Positions 1 to 11,300 of a DNA stretch of 64,000 nucleotides are shown piece by piece. Each line of letters begins with the position of its first letter. The first letter of the stretch is position 1. A program made the position numbers and the translations under genes. The notes beneath the pieces are model-generated. The model was not told the origin of the DNA. It ran no database searches and worked only from the letters and a program-made list of their open reading frames with translations. The DNA comes from Planctomycetota bacterium (GTDB taxonomy: Bacteria; Planctomycetota; UBA8108; JACQVS01): NCBI GenBank assembly GCA_028280485.1, contig JANQLS010000062.1, forward strand, positions 5,899 to 69,898, given 5' to 3'.

Positions 1-1111
1 CGAGATGGCGAACTCGTCGTTTGGCAATCTCCTCTCGAATCATTGGGTTTGGCATGTCTTTGTGGACTCGCGCTTTGATCCGAGATCGAGGCTGAACGGG
101 TAGCCGCTCCAAGGTAACCTTCATAAAATGATGTTTATTCAGGATGCCTTCCCAAGGATTGGATTGAACGAGTTTGTCAAACTCAGAGGGATCAAATTCA
201 ACGCCTTTGTCTCCCTCTGATTTTTCCTTTTTGGAAGAACCAGCATTCTCGATATAGGAGACATCCACAAAGAAGGTAACCCCTTTGAGAACGAGCTCGA
301 TCCCGGTCGCCCCTTCAGCACCTTCGGGTTGGAGCTCAACTGAATTAGGTTCAGCTGGACTGATTTTAGCTCTTTTAATTTCCCCTGATTGGGCGTGCAC
401 AATAAAGGGGAACGACAAGATCCCTTCGATCTCTCTTTTCTTTTCGGGGGAGAGATGAGATTGCTCATCGAGGCTCGATTTGAACATGCCTCCCAATCCC
501 AAGTTGTCGGTACTCTCACTAAAAATCGAGATATCGTAGAGATTTTCGTTCGAATAACGACTGACGTGAATGGTCGTCTTCTTTCCCAATTGGATCCGTT
601 TGTTCCAACCTTGTCCTAAATACTCTAGCTTATCGAGGAAGACTTGACCGAGGTTTCGCTTGGCGTAGCGGATCTCTGGAACGAGGTATCCATTGATGAA
701 GTAAGCCGAGACCGTAAAGACCAAGCCGATGATCAATGGGGCCATGACGAGTTGGCGATTCGAGATCCCAAAGCTTCGCATGGCGATCACTTCACGATCG
801 GCGATCAACCGACCGAAGACCAAGCTCGAGCCAAACAGGAGTGAAATCGGAATGGAGTGGTAGAGAGCGTAGGCAAAGGTTTGCCAAAAGAGAGGTAGGA
901 TCATGAAGAGATCAAATCCGTACTCTCGAATCGCCTGAATGGTAAAGACCGAGCCGTGAACGACCTCCAGCACGAGGAAGACGAGTCCCGAAACTTTGAG
1001 AATTTCCCCACCGATGTAGAACGACATAGTGGTCGAGAGCTTTCTCTTTTTTCTCACCAACTCTTTCTTCTGGCCCGCGGCCTCATCAGAGGGGAGGACG
1101 GATTCGTTCAT
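1..1111 (-). CDS. LptF/LptG-family LPS export ABC transporter permease (3' end runs off the window)
   Basis: Not in the ORF track because it has no stop in the window. My translation of the minus strand from ATG 1111 (alternative in-frame ATG 1135) is open to the edge: MNESVLPSDE...three TM segments...SIPISLLFGSSLVFGRLIADREVIAMRSFGIS...INGYLVPE, matching the LptF/G pattern GRLxxDxExxAxRxxGxS. Confidence 0.85.
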   Translation of the reverse strand, partial: MNESVLPSDEAAGQKKELVRKKRKLSTTMSFYIGGEILKVSGLVFLVLEVVHGSVFTIQAIREYGFDLFMILPLFWQTFAYALYHSIPISLLFGSSLVFGRLIADREVIAMRSFGISNRQLVMAPLIIGLVFTVSAYFINGYLVPEIRYAKRNLGQVFLDKLEYLGQGWNKRIQLGKKTTIHVSRYSNENLYDISIFSESTDNLGLGGMFKSSLDEQSHLSPEKKREIEGILSFPFIVHAQSGEIKRAKISPAEPNSVELQPEGAEGATGIELVLKGVTFFVDVSYIENAGSSKKEKSEGDKGVEFDPSEFDKLVQSNPWEGILNKHHFMKVTLERLPVQPRSRIKARVHKDMPNPMIREEIAKRRVRHL

Positions 1112-1375
1112 ACGAGGGAGCTCTAATTTCACCATTTCGTTTGAATTCGATGTGTTGAAACATTCAACCAGAGAGCCTGTTTCAACGGCTACAGGAGATC
1201 AAGATAACGGACGAGGTGTTTCCATCTCATCCAGATTCCCTTCTAGATCGGCTCAGAAAGCCCGATAATTTAGGCCGATAATAAATAAAAGAAAGACTGG
1301 TCTTCGGGAGCATTTATACACTCTTCCCTTCGAACTTCCAGCCCCAGACAGATGCCGGACCTAGAAATCGTTGTA

Positions 1376-2323
1376 TCAGCTTTCACTCTTTGAGGTTGAG
1401 GGCTTGTTAAAAACTGTCAGATCGTGGGGAACAGAACTCTGTTCCTCCTCGGCGAGGATCGATTGAGGGGCGAAATGGTGTTGAATCGCAAGCTTCAATC
1501 CCTTGGAAGTGTGGGGCAGAGCTTCTCCGGTCACTTGGAGGCCACGTTCTCGTATCGCTTGGGAAGTCGTCGGTCCGATGGAGAAGATAGCGATGTTTTG
1601 TTCTCGGATCGCTCTTTCACCGTCGGGCTCGGTCATCGATAAAAAATTATGGAATGCCGAAGGACTGGCGAAAGCGATCGCATGGATGGGCTGTCTCGCA
1701 GTGATGCGGTGAAGAAACGGTTGGGCTTTTTGTCGTTCCTCAGGAAGGGTGCAATAGACGACAATCGGATCGAAAGAAATCCGAGCTTGCTTCAAGCCTT
1801 GGGGAAGCTCTTGGCGTGCGAGATCTCCTTGTGGAAAAAGGCAGCGATCCGACGAGGAAATCAGGGGAGAGCTTCCTTCAGGGAGGAGAAGCTCTTTCAA
1901 AGCTTGCGCGGTCCCCGCGACCACCATGCGCTCAACCTTAATCCCCATCGAAGCTAATTGAGAAGCCGTACTGGGCCCGACGACCCCAAATTTGAAGCGA
2001 CTCCAAATCGAATCGGGAACTTCAAATTCCCGGGCCTTGTCGAAAAATGTCTCTACTGCCACCGAACTCGTGAATAAAATCCATGAGTACTGATCGATTT
2101 GATTTAGGATTTCTTTGAGGGGCGCATCATCTTCAGGAGGGCCAAATCGAATACAGGGGACATTGATTACTTGCGCGCCTCGATCTTTGAGGTCTTTCTT
2201 TAAGACAATCCCCTTCTCTTCAGCGCGAGTGATCACGATGGTGATTCCCTTTAGGGGCTTGTCGATCGCTTCGACTTGGGAATCTCCCTTCGGTTCAACT
2301 GAAGATTTATCTTTAGAATTCAA
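1376..2323 (-). CDS. hemD: uroporphyrinogen-III synthase
   Basis: PLKGITIVITR, WILFTSSVAV, VGPSTA, FASPSAF, SIGPTT motifs; downstream of hemC. Confidence 0.93.
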   Translation of the reverse strand: MNSKDKSSVEPKGDSQVEAIDKPLKGITIVITRAEEKGIVLKKDLKDRGAQVINVPCIRFGPPEDDAPLKEILNQIDQYSWILFTSSVAVETFFDKAREFEVPDSIWSRFKFGVVGPSTASQLASMGIKVERMVVAGTAQALKELLLPEGSSPLISSSDRCLFPQGDLARQELPQGLKQARISFDPIVVYCTLPEERQKAQPFLHRITARQPIHAIAFASPSAFHNFLSMTEPDGERAIREQNIAIFSIGPTTSQAIRERGLQVTGEALPHTSKGLKLAIQHHFAPQSILAEEEQSSVPHDLTVFNKPSTSKSES

Positions 2324-2349
2324 ATGCTGCGCTCTCTGCCTACGTGAAT

Positions 2350-3291
2350 TTAGGGTGACCTATCGGAGTGCTGTTCCTCTCGAATCTGACTTAAGATCTC
2401 TTCGGCCCCTCGACCTAAAAGATCTACCGCCAGTTTCTCACCTAAGCGATTGGGGTCATCTTTTTTTCCCGACATCTTACCGCGTAATGTCTTTTTTCCA
2501 TCGGGGGAGGCGACGATGGCTTCTAAATGAAGGTCCTCTTCTTGTTCACCGAAACTCGCCAAAGCCCCGGCAGGAATTTGGCAGCCCCCTCTCAAGCTCT
2601 GCAAGAAGGCTCGCTCACAGTCGACCTGAATACGAGAACGAGCATCCTCTAAACGATGAAGCCGTTGAAGAAGATCTTCGTCGTTTTCTCTTGCGACTAA
2701 ACCCAAAGCCCCTTGAGCGACGGCCGGAATGATCCAACTGGGATCGAGGACCTGTTGTATGAGATCTTGGCGATCGAGCCGCTTCAAACCAGCTTCCGCT
2801 AAGATCGTCCCTGCCAATCCTAGTTCACTCATTTTTCGCAAACGAGTTTGAACATTTCCTCTCAGGGGCACCGGAATTAAATCGGGGCGCCGAGCTAAAA
2901 CTTGTGCTTGGCGTCGGGGACTAGAGGTTCCAAACTTAGAGCCCTGAGGCAATTCATCTAATGAGATTCCCTGAGGGCTGATCCAAGCATCGAAGGGGCT
3001 CTCTCTGGGGGGAACGCAGGCGAGGGTGAGACCAGGAGCATCTTCGGTGGGAAGGTCCTTAAGGCTGTGAACCGCGACATCCACTTTGCCCTCCCGGGTG
3101 GCGAGATCGATGGCGCGAGTGAACACTCCCACCCCGATACTTCTAAAATCCTGATCCGGATAGAGTTCACCATCGGAGCGGATTTCTACGATTTCAACTT
3201 CGAGAGAAGGATCGTCAGCTTGAAGTAAATCGCGGATGTGATGCGCTTGCCAAAGCGCTAAGGGGCTAGCTCGAGTCCCGAGTTTGATCAC
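2350..3291 (-). CDS. hemC: hydroxymethylbilane synthase (porphobilinogen deaminase)
   Basis: GTRASPLALWQA, AVHSLKDLP, GTSSPRR, LRGNVQTRL, GGCQIP (cofactor Cys). GTG at 3291 has a GGGGAGG SD and is preferred over the ORF-track ATG at 3324. Confidence 0.96.
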   Translation of the reverse strand: MIKLGTRASPLALWQAHHIRDLLQADDPSLEVEIVEIRSDGELYPDQDFRSIGVGVFTRAIDLATREGKVDVAVHSLKDLPTEDAPGLTLACVPPRESPFDAWISPQGISLDELPQGSKFGTSSPRRQAQVLARRPDLIPVPLRGNVQTRLRKMSELGLAGTILAEAGLKRLDRQDLIQQVLDPSWIIPAVAQGALGLVARENDEDLLQRLHRLEDARSRIQVDCERAFLQSLRGGCQIPAGALASFGEQEEDLHLEAIVASPDGKKTLRGKMSGKKDDPNRLGEKLAVDLLGRGAEEILSQIREEQHSDRSP

Positions 3292-4609
3292 GGGAGTCCT
3301 CCCCTTGACTCCGTTTCTCTCCATCGAGAAACAAACGTTGCAAGAATCGTACTTCAGTGGGGCTTAAGCCATCCCCATCCCGAAGGGATTTGAGTTTTGA
3401 AATCGGAAAGTGAACAAACTTTTTCATCATCGTCTCACTGAAACGATCTAGTAATTTCCAAGTCTCTTCCGGCAAGGTCGAAGATAGATTTTGGAGCTCT
3501 TCTTGCCTCATCTGTTCGAAGCGATCGATCAAATGTCGGATGACCGGATCGAGATGGATCCAATTCATCTGACTGAGGAACGTTCTCAATTCTCTTTGTA
3601 TGATCGATTCAGCTCGAGGAATTTCACTCTCACGGCTTTGAATATTTTTATTTACGATGTTCTCGAGGCTATCGACATTGAAGAGCCTGACCGAAGCAAT
3701 CTCAGAAATACTGGGATCGAAATCCCGAGGGACAGCTAAGTCGATAGCTATGAGAGGGCGATGTTGGCGATGGGTTAGAAGGGCTTCCAATCGATCTTTA
3801 CTGATGATGGGATCAGGAGCAGACGTCGAACTGATAACCACATCTGCCGCTTCCAAAACGCTATCGAGTTCATCGAGCGGACGATAGATCCCACCTCCGC
3901 CGAGTTTTTCAATCAGCAGCTGAGCTGTTTCAGCCGAGCGATTGACCACCGTGAAGGGCGCGACTCCGCGATCCTTAAAAGTTCTTGCGGCCAACTCGGA
4001 GACTTTTCCGGAACCAACGATCACCAGGTGTTTCCCGGAGAGTTTTCCCAATTCACTCTCAGCCGTTAAAACAGCGGCTTGGCCGTGGGTTAAACAACCT
4101 TCACCGAGCTCCGTATCCGTGCGGACCTTTCGACCCGTTTTGATCGCGGCGGGAAATAACTTATGGAAGATCCTTCCCACGGCACCTTCGGACTTGGCGA
4201 ATTCGAAGGCATCCCGGATCTGACCCAAGATTTGGCTTTCGCCAAGAATCTGCGAGTCCAAGCCCCCGGCCAGACGGAAGAGGTGATTCACGGCGTGGGA
4301 GTGTCGGTGGAAATAGAGATGAGCTTGAAAATGATCTTCCTGCCCTTGATGGGTTTCGTAGAAGACCGAGAGCATCCGATTGAGGTGAGGATCGACCTCT
4401 TGACTCGACATCCTGGAATTCAAGGGGAGACGAGCGTAGACCTCAGTACGGTTACAGGTAGACAAGACGACATTTTCGATACTGGAATCGATGTCCTTGA
4501 CCTTTTCAAAGAACAGGCGTGTCTTCGAAGGGTCAAAGACACAACGTTCTCTCAAATCTACCGGAGCTGTTTTATGATTCAGGCCAAAAATGACCAGCTG
4601 ATCAGGCAT
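3266..4609 (-). CDS. hemA: glutamyl-tRNA reductase
   Basis: GLNHKTAPVDLRE, LSTCNRTEVY, GLDSQILGESQILGQ, DLAVPRD. Confidence 0.97.
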   Translation of the reverse strand: MPDQLVIFGLNHKTAPVDLRERCVFDPSKTRLFFEKVKDIDSSIENVVLSTCNRTEVYARLPLNSRMSSQEVDPHLNRMLSVFYETHQGQEDHFQAHLYFHRHSHAVNHLFRLAGGLDSQILGESQILGQIRDAFEFAKSEGAVGRIFHKLFPAAIKTGRKVRTDTELGEGCLTHGQAAVLTAESELGKLSGKHLVIVGSGKVSELAARTFKDRGVAPFTVVNRSAETAQLLIEKLGGGGIYRPLDELDSVLEAADVVISSTSAPDPIISKDRLEALLTHRQHRPLIAIDLAVPRDFDPSISEIASVRLFNVDSLENIVNKNIQSRESEIPRAESIIQRELRTFLSQMNWIHLDPVIRHLIDRFEQMRQEELQNLSSTLPEETWKLLDRFSETMMKKFVHFPISKLKSLRDGDGLSPTEVRFLQRLFLDGEKRSQGEDSRDQTRDSS

Positions 4610-5626
4610 AAGCTAAATCAGAAAGCCTTAATTTTTACTAAACGAACCCGCGTTCCGAACGAGGAATATTTCCCCGGATGGGAAAAATTTGGGTCTGTAT
4701 CAAAATTTAATTTTAATTCTCTCAACAGGTCTCATCGAGAACTTCAAATGTCAGGAACGCCCCTTGCTAACGAATAGGGCGTCCTCTTCATGCTACCAAC
4801 TTAAGCTGATAGCAATCGACCTCCGGCATTTAAAAACACCGAATCGAAAGAACTCGTTAAGCTGCATCCAGAAATTCGTCCTCATCTGGAGATTTCTGAA
4901 CCTCGTTTTAGGTCAGGAAGATTCTAGAAGAAATTCAAAGCCCTGTCACTGGGAAATAGCTCACCCTGAACTCTTTTAATCAGATTTAGGATTATCCCTA
5001 AAAGCTGATTTTAAAATGGTTAAGGTGACCTTTACTCAGTGAAGCTTCCCAGGTTGTTCAATTCTCTTCATTCAGAAGCCCAACTTGTAACTCTCACAAG
5101 TGGGGCAGCTCGAATAGATCCCAGCCTAACAAAGGGTCTTCTGGTTTATCCATTCCATCAAACCTCCGCAAAGCATTTGATGTGAGGTTACCCCCTAAAT
5201 TTTCATCCCCAACCCAGACTCAGGCAGAACCCAGTGTGAGTACCAGTTTGAGTATCTGGGAGGGGACTTCCAAGTTCAGGGAACCGAAAGACCAACACAC
5301 AGTTTAAAAGATTTAAGGCAAAATTCTCCCCTAAATTTTACTCAGCTTACGCAATTAACATTCCATTTTGCCGCAGGTTAGCCCTTCACGACCTAAAAAT
5401 TGAGGTTGAAGTCCTCATCAAAACGAGATTTAAGTCACAAATAAGCGAATTGAGCCTTTTTCGACGTCTACTTAGTGGGTAGTATGCCTGGCTCTCGAAA
5501 TGAGAGCGTCGACGGTGATCGACCCTCCATTGAAGTCCCAGCTCGGGACTCCGGCTCGACAGGATCAGGAAAGACTGACGAACCGGATCATTCCCAGATC
5601 CAGTTATTAACCCCATCAGATTAACA

Positions 5627-6664
5627 TTGAATCGAAAAGAACTCTTTACTCAAGCTCTTCGCGGGCAGAATTCCACCCGCCCACCGGTCTGGCTCATGCG
5701 ACAAGCGGGTCGGTACATGAAGGAATACCGAGACCTCAAAGAAAAATACACCTTTAAAGAGATGTGCGAGACACCGGAGCTCGCTGTCGAGGTCTCTCTT
5801 CTCCCCCATCAACTTCTCGATATCGACGCCCTTATCGTCTTCAACGACATTCTTATTCCTTTGGAACGGATGGGGGCTCCCTTGACCTATGCGGACGGCG
5901 GCCCTCGATTTTTAGAACCCGTTCGCGATCAGGCGGCCTTCGAGAAGCTTCACGATATCGATCCCCGCACCGACAGCTCGAGCATCCTCAACACCATCTC
6001 CGAACTCGTTCGGTTGATGGATGGCGAAAAGGCCGTCTTAGGATTTGCGGGCGCCCCGTTCACCTTAGCCTCTTATTTGGTTGAAGGTAAACTCGGCCAA
6101 GGAGTTGAAACTCTGAAAAAGGTGATGTTTGAAAATCCCAAATTCATCCATCAACTCTTAGAGTCTCTCACCAGAATGACAACCGATTACTTAAGCGCAC
6201 AAGCCGAAGCCGGCGCGAGCGCCGTTCAGCTCTTCGACACCTGGGCGGGCCATCTCGCTCCAGCCGAATACGAAGAATTCGCTTTGCCTTACCACCAAGA
6301 GATCTTTAAGGCCTTAAAAGAAAAGCACGGTGACACCACCGGTACTATTCTTTACGTACGGGACTCGGCGCACCTTATTTCTCAGATGAGTCGCTCGGGA
6401 GCGGATACTTTGAGTATCGAATGGCGAACTTCGATTCGCCAAGTCCGCCAGCAAGTCGGGGATCAATTCTCCCTTCAAGGGAATCTCGACCCGACAGCCC
6501 TCTTTGCTTCACCCGCTGAGGTGGCTCAAAGAACTCAACAAATCTTAGAAGAAAACCGGGGAGACCCGGGCTACATCTTTAACTTAGGTCATGGGATTCT
6601 TCCCAAAACTCCGGTTGAATCCGTTCGCGCCTTAGTCGATACGGTCAAAAATTTTTCACCTTAA
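5627..6664 (+). CDS. hemE: uroporphyrinogen decarboxylase
   Basis: PVWLMRQAGRY, GFAGAPFTLASY, QGNLDP, IFNLGHGI; TTG start. Confidence 0.97.
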   Translation: MNRKELFTQALRGQNSTRPPVWLMRQAGRYMKEYRDLKEKYTFKEMCETPELAVEVSLLPHQLLDIDALIVFNDILIPLERMGAPLTYADGGPRFLEPVRDQAAFEKLHDIDPRTDSSSILNTISELVRLMDGEKAVLGFAGAPFTLASYLVEGKLGQGVETLKKVMFENPKFIHQLLESLTRMTTDYLSAQAEAGASAVQLFDTWAGHLAPAEYEEFALPYHQEIFKALKEKHGDTTGTILYVRDSAHLISQMSRSGADTLSIEWRTSIRQVRQQVGDQFSLQGNLDPTALFASPAEVAQRTQQILEENRGDPGYIFNLGHGILPKTPVESVRALVDTVKNFSP

Positions 6665-6691
6665 ACGAAGCTTAAAACCAAAGATTTCAAA

Positions 6692-7993
6692 ATGAGTTTA
6701 CGCGAATCCCAAGAACTGTTTCAACGAGCCCAAAAAGTCATCCCCGGCGGAGTCAACTCTCCGGTGAGAGCCTTCGGATCCGTGGGAGGAGACCCGGTCT
6801 TCTTCGAACAAGGCCGAGGCTGCCATCTTTACGATGTGGCCGGTCGTGAATATATCGACGTGATGGCCTCTTGGGGACCTCTCATCTTGGGGCACGCCGA
6901 TTCGAGAATTGAAAGCGCCGTACGCCAAGCACTAGAAAAGGGGACGACCTTTGGTGCCTCGACCCAAAAGGAAGTTGAACTCGCCGAATTGATCGTTCAA
7001 TTCGTTCCTTCCATCGAGAAAGTTCGCTTGGTGAGTTCCGGTACTGAAGCGACGATGACCGCCTTGCGCTTAGCCCGAGGAGCCACGGGACGAGATCGCG
7101 TCATCAAGTTTGAAGGTTGTTATCACGGACACAACGACAGCTTCTTGATTAAAGCAGGATCCGGGGCCCTCACCCTGGGCGTGCCTTCAAGCCCGGGAGT
7201 TCCTAAAGCGCTCGCTGAACTCACCTCCAGCGCGAAGTTCAATGACTTAGCTTCGGTTGAAGCTTTGCTCAATGAACACAAAAATGAATACGCGGCGATC
7301 ATCGTCGAACCCATAGCCGGAAACATGGGAGTCGTTCCTCCCCAAGATGGATTCTTGCAAGGCCTCAGAAAACTCTCGACTGAACACGGTACGCTGTTGA
7401 TTTTCGATGAAGTCATCACCGGGTTCAGAGTGGGATCGGGTGGAGCTCAAGAACGCTTCGATATCGCTCCTGATCTCACGACCTTAGGTAAGATCCTGGG
7501 TGGGGGACTTCCGATGGGAGCCCTGGGAGGAAAAGCAGAACTCATGGATCAACTCGCCCCGACCGGACCTGTTTACCAAGCGGGCACCCTCTCGGGAAAT
7601 CCCCTCGCCACGGCTGCAGGTCTGGCGATGCTCAACACCATCAAAGCCGGTGGATCTGAGTTTTATCAAGATCTCGAGCTCAAAGGAAAAAGACTCCATT
7701 ACGGAATTCAGGAGGCGATCCAAGCCACTGGAGTCACCGCGCTCGTTCAGCGAGTCGGCAGTATGATGACGCTCTTTTTCAATGATGTTCCCGTTGTGAA
7801 TATGGATTCTTTGTCGAATCTAAAAACGGAGACGTACAGCAAATTTTTCCATGGCCTCCTCGAACGGGGCGTCTGTTTCCCTCCCTCTCAGTACGAAGCG
7901 TTCTTCGTCTCCCAGGCCCATCGCCTCGAGGATATCGATCGACTGATCGAAGTTATCGGGGATACGCTGAAGATGATTTCGGAAGCGGATTGA
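6692..7993 (+). CDS. hemL: glutamate-1-semialdehyde 2,1-aminomutase
   Basis: IPGGVNSPVRAF, SSGTEATM, FEGCYHGH, FDEVITGFR, LGKILGGGLP, YQAGTLSGNP. Confidence 0.98.
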   Translation: MSLRESQELFQRAQKVIPGGVNSPVRAFGSVGGDPVFFEQGRGCHLYDVAGREYIDVMASWGPLILGHADSRIESAVRQALEKGTTFGASTQKEVELAELIVQFVPSIEKVRLVSSGTEATMTALRLARGATGRDRVIKFEGCYHGHNDSFLIKAGSGALTLGVPSSPGVPKALAELTSSAKFNDLASVEALLNEHKNEYAAIIVEPIAGNMGVVPPQDGFLQGLRKLSTEHGTLLIFDEVITGFRVGSGGAQERFDIAPDLTTLGKILGGGLPMGALGGKAELMDQLAPTGPVYQAGTLSGNPLATAAGLAMLNTIKAGGSEFYQDLELKGKRLHYGIQEAIQATGVTALVQRVGSMMTLFFNDVPVVNMDSLSNLKTETYSKFFHGLLERGVCFPPSQYEAFFVSQAHRLEDIDRLIEVIGDTLKMISEAD

Positions 7994-8061
7994 TAAGCTT
8001 TTTTTAAATCTAAGATGATTCTGTAGCGCCACCCCGAGACTACGATTTTTTTAACAAACCC

Positions 8062-8214
8062 TTAGTAAGCCCGGAGCGTCAGCGACGGGATCTCGTTGAG
8101 AAAATCCCCTTTGTGGCATGCTTTTATCGACGGCCAAGGCCTTTATGCTCGTCCCATAAAGCCTTTAATCAAAAGTTTAATCGTGTCCCGTCGCTTACGC
8201 TTCGGGCTAGTTAA
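8062..8214. repeat. REP doublet (REPIN-like), family A
   Basis: Inverted arms AGCCCGGAGCGTCAGCGACGGGA ... TCCCGTCGCTTACGCTTCGGGCT around a spacer of about 95 bp. Confidence 0.85.
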
Positions 8215-8381
8215 ATTTATCGTGCTGGGACAAGCCCAGGCGCTACAGGCGAAAATCCATTTAAATTTATTGCCGCATCGGAAGATTTCTTGGGAAGATC
8301 CGTCCTCATTTCACTTAAAATAACCGATTAAACATAAGATTAATCCCCCTGAGAACCAAACCCCTCTGGAGCATTCCATCG

Positions 8382-11300
8382 ATGAGCCATCGTTGTTTTC
8401 CTCTTAGCTACCTACTTCTCGTTGCCGTTACTTTTTTAACATTAACGGTCGCCTCCCCACTGAATTCCGATGAACAAAATTATTGGATTCACACCTTTAA
8501 GCACCACGAACTCTCCGACAAGTTCTATTCAGAGGGAGCGACTTTTGGAGACATCGATGGCGATGGGAATAACGATATCATTTCGGGCCCCTTTTGGTTT
8601 GAAGGCCCCGACTTTAAAACTCGACACGAGTTCTACCAACCCAAAGTTTTCAACGTGAAGGGTTACTCCAATAACTTCTTCCCTTATGTCTACGACTTCA
8701 ATAAGGATGGCAAGAACGACATCCTCATCATCGGTTTCCCTGGGCAAGATGCATCTTGGTTTGAGAACCCCGGAAAAAAAACCACTCACTGGAAACGTCA
8801 CCTCGTTGTCGACGAAGTGAGCAACGAGTCTCCCTCCTTCACTGACATCGATAATGATGGTAAACCCGAAATCGTGGGGATTAGTAAGGGACGTTACGGC
8901 TACTCCGAATTCAATTGGGATAAGCCTCACGAGAAGTGTCGCTTCATCGCCATTTCTCCGGATCATAAATACGGCCGCTTCACTCACGGAATGGGAGTGG
9001 ATGATGTTAATGGCGATGGTCGAAAAGACCTTATCGAGAAAAACGGTTGGTACGAACAACCCTCCAAATTAGACGGTTCTTTGTGGAAGCATCATCGCTT
9101 TGACTTCGTCCCGGGTACAGCTCAAAAGGTTGGCGTTCCCGGCGCAGGTGGGGCTCAAATGTACGCTTACGATGTCGATGGGGATGGAGATCAGGACATC
9201 ATCACTAGTCGTAATGCTCATAACTGGGGATTAGTTTGGTATGAAAATTTAGCTTCGAATGGCGCAAAGGTGGGTCAATTTCATCCGCACCTTATCATGG
9301 GACGCCCCGATGAACCCGCCAAGTACTCCTTGCGAATCGCCCAATTGCACGGAATCGACTTAGTCGACATGGATGGTGATGGGCTCAAAGATATTGTTAC
9401 TGGAGTACGCGTCTGGGCTCACTATGGAGACAAATCTGCCGAACCTCCCGGGAAAGTTTATTGGTTCAAACTGGTCCGCCAAAAAGATAAGACGGTGGAT
9501 TGGGTTCCCCAAAAAATTGATCACAACTCGGGAGTCGGTGTCATGGTCAAAGCGGGGGACGTCGATGGAGATCAACTTCCCGATGTCGTCGTGGGAAACA
9601 AAAAAGGGATCTACTATTTAAAACACCAACGAACGAAAGCGACTCGCGCAGCCTGGAAGAGAACTCAACCCAAAGTCTTTCATACGAAAGGACTCTCTCC
9701 TCAACAAGCCGTCGAAGAGATGACTTTTCCCGAGGGCTTCGAAGTGGAATTAGCAGCCGGTGAACCTTTAGTTCACCAACCGGTAGCCTTCACCGTAGAT
9801 TCCAAGGGACGTCTCTGGGTAGCCGAGGCTCACACGTATCCAACCCGCGTCGGAGGCACCAAAGGAAAGTGGAACGCAGGTAAAGATAAAATCGTGATCT
9901 TAGAGGATCGCGATCAAGATGGAAGCTTTGAAACTCGCAAGGTCTTCATCGAGAACGTCAATCTCATCAGTGCTCTCGAAGTAGGATTCGGTGGAGTATG
10001 GGTTGGGGCTGCACCTTACCTATTATTCTTCCCCGATGCCGATAAAGATGATCGCCCCGACGGAGAGCCAAAGATTCTTTTAGATGGTTTCGGGATTCAG
10101 GACACCCATGAAACTCTCAACTCCTTTCGCTGGGGGCCGGATGGGTGGCTCTATTCCTGCCACGGAATCTTCACTCATTCCTTAGTGGGCAAACCGGGTA
10201 CGCCTGTAGATCAACGGACTCCAATGAATGCCGCTTACTGGCGCTACCATCCCCAACGACACGAAGTAGATGTCTTCGCCTGGGGAACGAGTAATCCTTG
10301 GGGCATGGATTTTAATGATTACGGGCAAGCCTTCAGCTCTGCTTGCGTGATTCCTCACCTCTACCACGTTATCCAAGGAGCACGCTACGTACGACAGGCT
10401 GGGCGACACTTCAATAAATACGTTTACGACGATATCAAGACCATCGCCGACCATCTACACTTTGTGGGAAGCCTCCGCGATCACGCTTGGTGGGGCCACG
10501 AACCGAGAACTCCTCAAAACACTTTAGATGCCGGGGGAGGCCACGCTCACTGCGGGATGATGGTTTACCTGGGCGATAGTTTTCCAGATACTTACCGTAA
10601 CCGTCTCTACATGAATAATATTCATGGGAACCGAATCAATGAAGAGATCACCATTAGAAATGGCTCCGGTTATATCGGCACGCACAGCCCAGATATTGTC
10701 ATCGCCAATGATGCTTGGTTTCGAGGTATAGCCTTAAGATTGGGCCCAACTGGAGATTTCTATTTCTCGGACTGGTACGACAAGAATGCGTGCCATCGAA
10801 CGAATCCTCTAGTTTGGGATCGAAGCAACGGACGTATCTATCGCTTGAGTTACGTAGGACCTTCAGGCAAAGCCCGAAGACTTAAAGTTGATCTCCAGAA
10901 AAAGAGCAATCGCGAACTCGTCGACCTTCAACTTCACAAAAACGATTGGTTTGTAAGAACCGCGAGAAGAATTCTTCAAGAACGTCAACCCGACCCGACG
11001 ACTCACAAGAGCTTGATGGGAATCGTATTTAACAACAAAGACACTACGAGAAGGCTTCGAGCCCTTTGGGCCCTCCACGTTACTCAGGGACTTCAAGCAG
11101 GACATCTCGGGGTCCTGCTGAAGGATCAAGATGAATATATCCGAGCTTGGGCGGTACAACTCTCCTTAGAGGAGCCAGGAAAATTCAGCTCACTCTATCC
11201 CAGCATCGCCAAATTGGGAGCTCGTGAGCCATCACCAACAGTAAGACTTTACTTAGCTTCTGCACTCCAGCGCTTACCGGAGAATTTCGGTAAGCAGTTA

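Noticed and set aside
139..1268. Short ORF-track calls at 139-1268 and other short ORFs nested within long genes across the window
   Set aside because: They are shadow frames of well-supported genes (here the LptF/G frame) with no independent evidence.
3266..3324. 59-nt hemA/hemC overlap as a frameshift or fusion signal
   Set aside because: A GTG at 3291 with a strong SD shortens the overlap to 26 nt, which is ordinary translational coupling.
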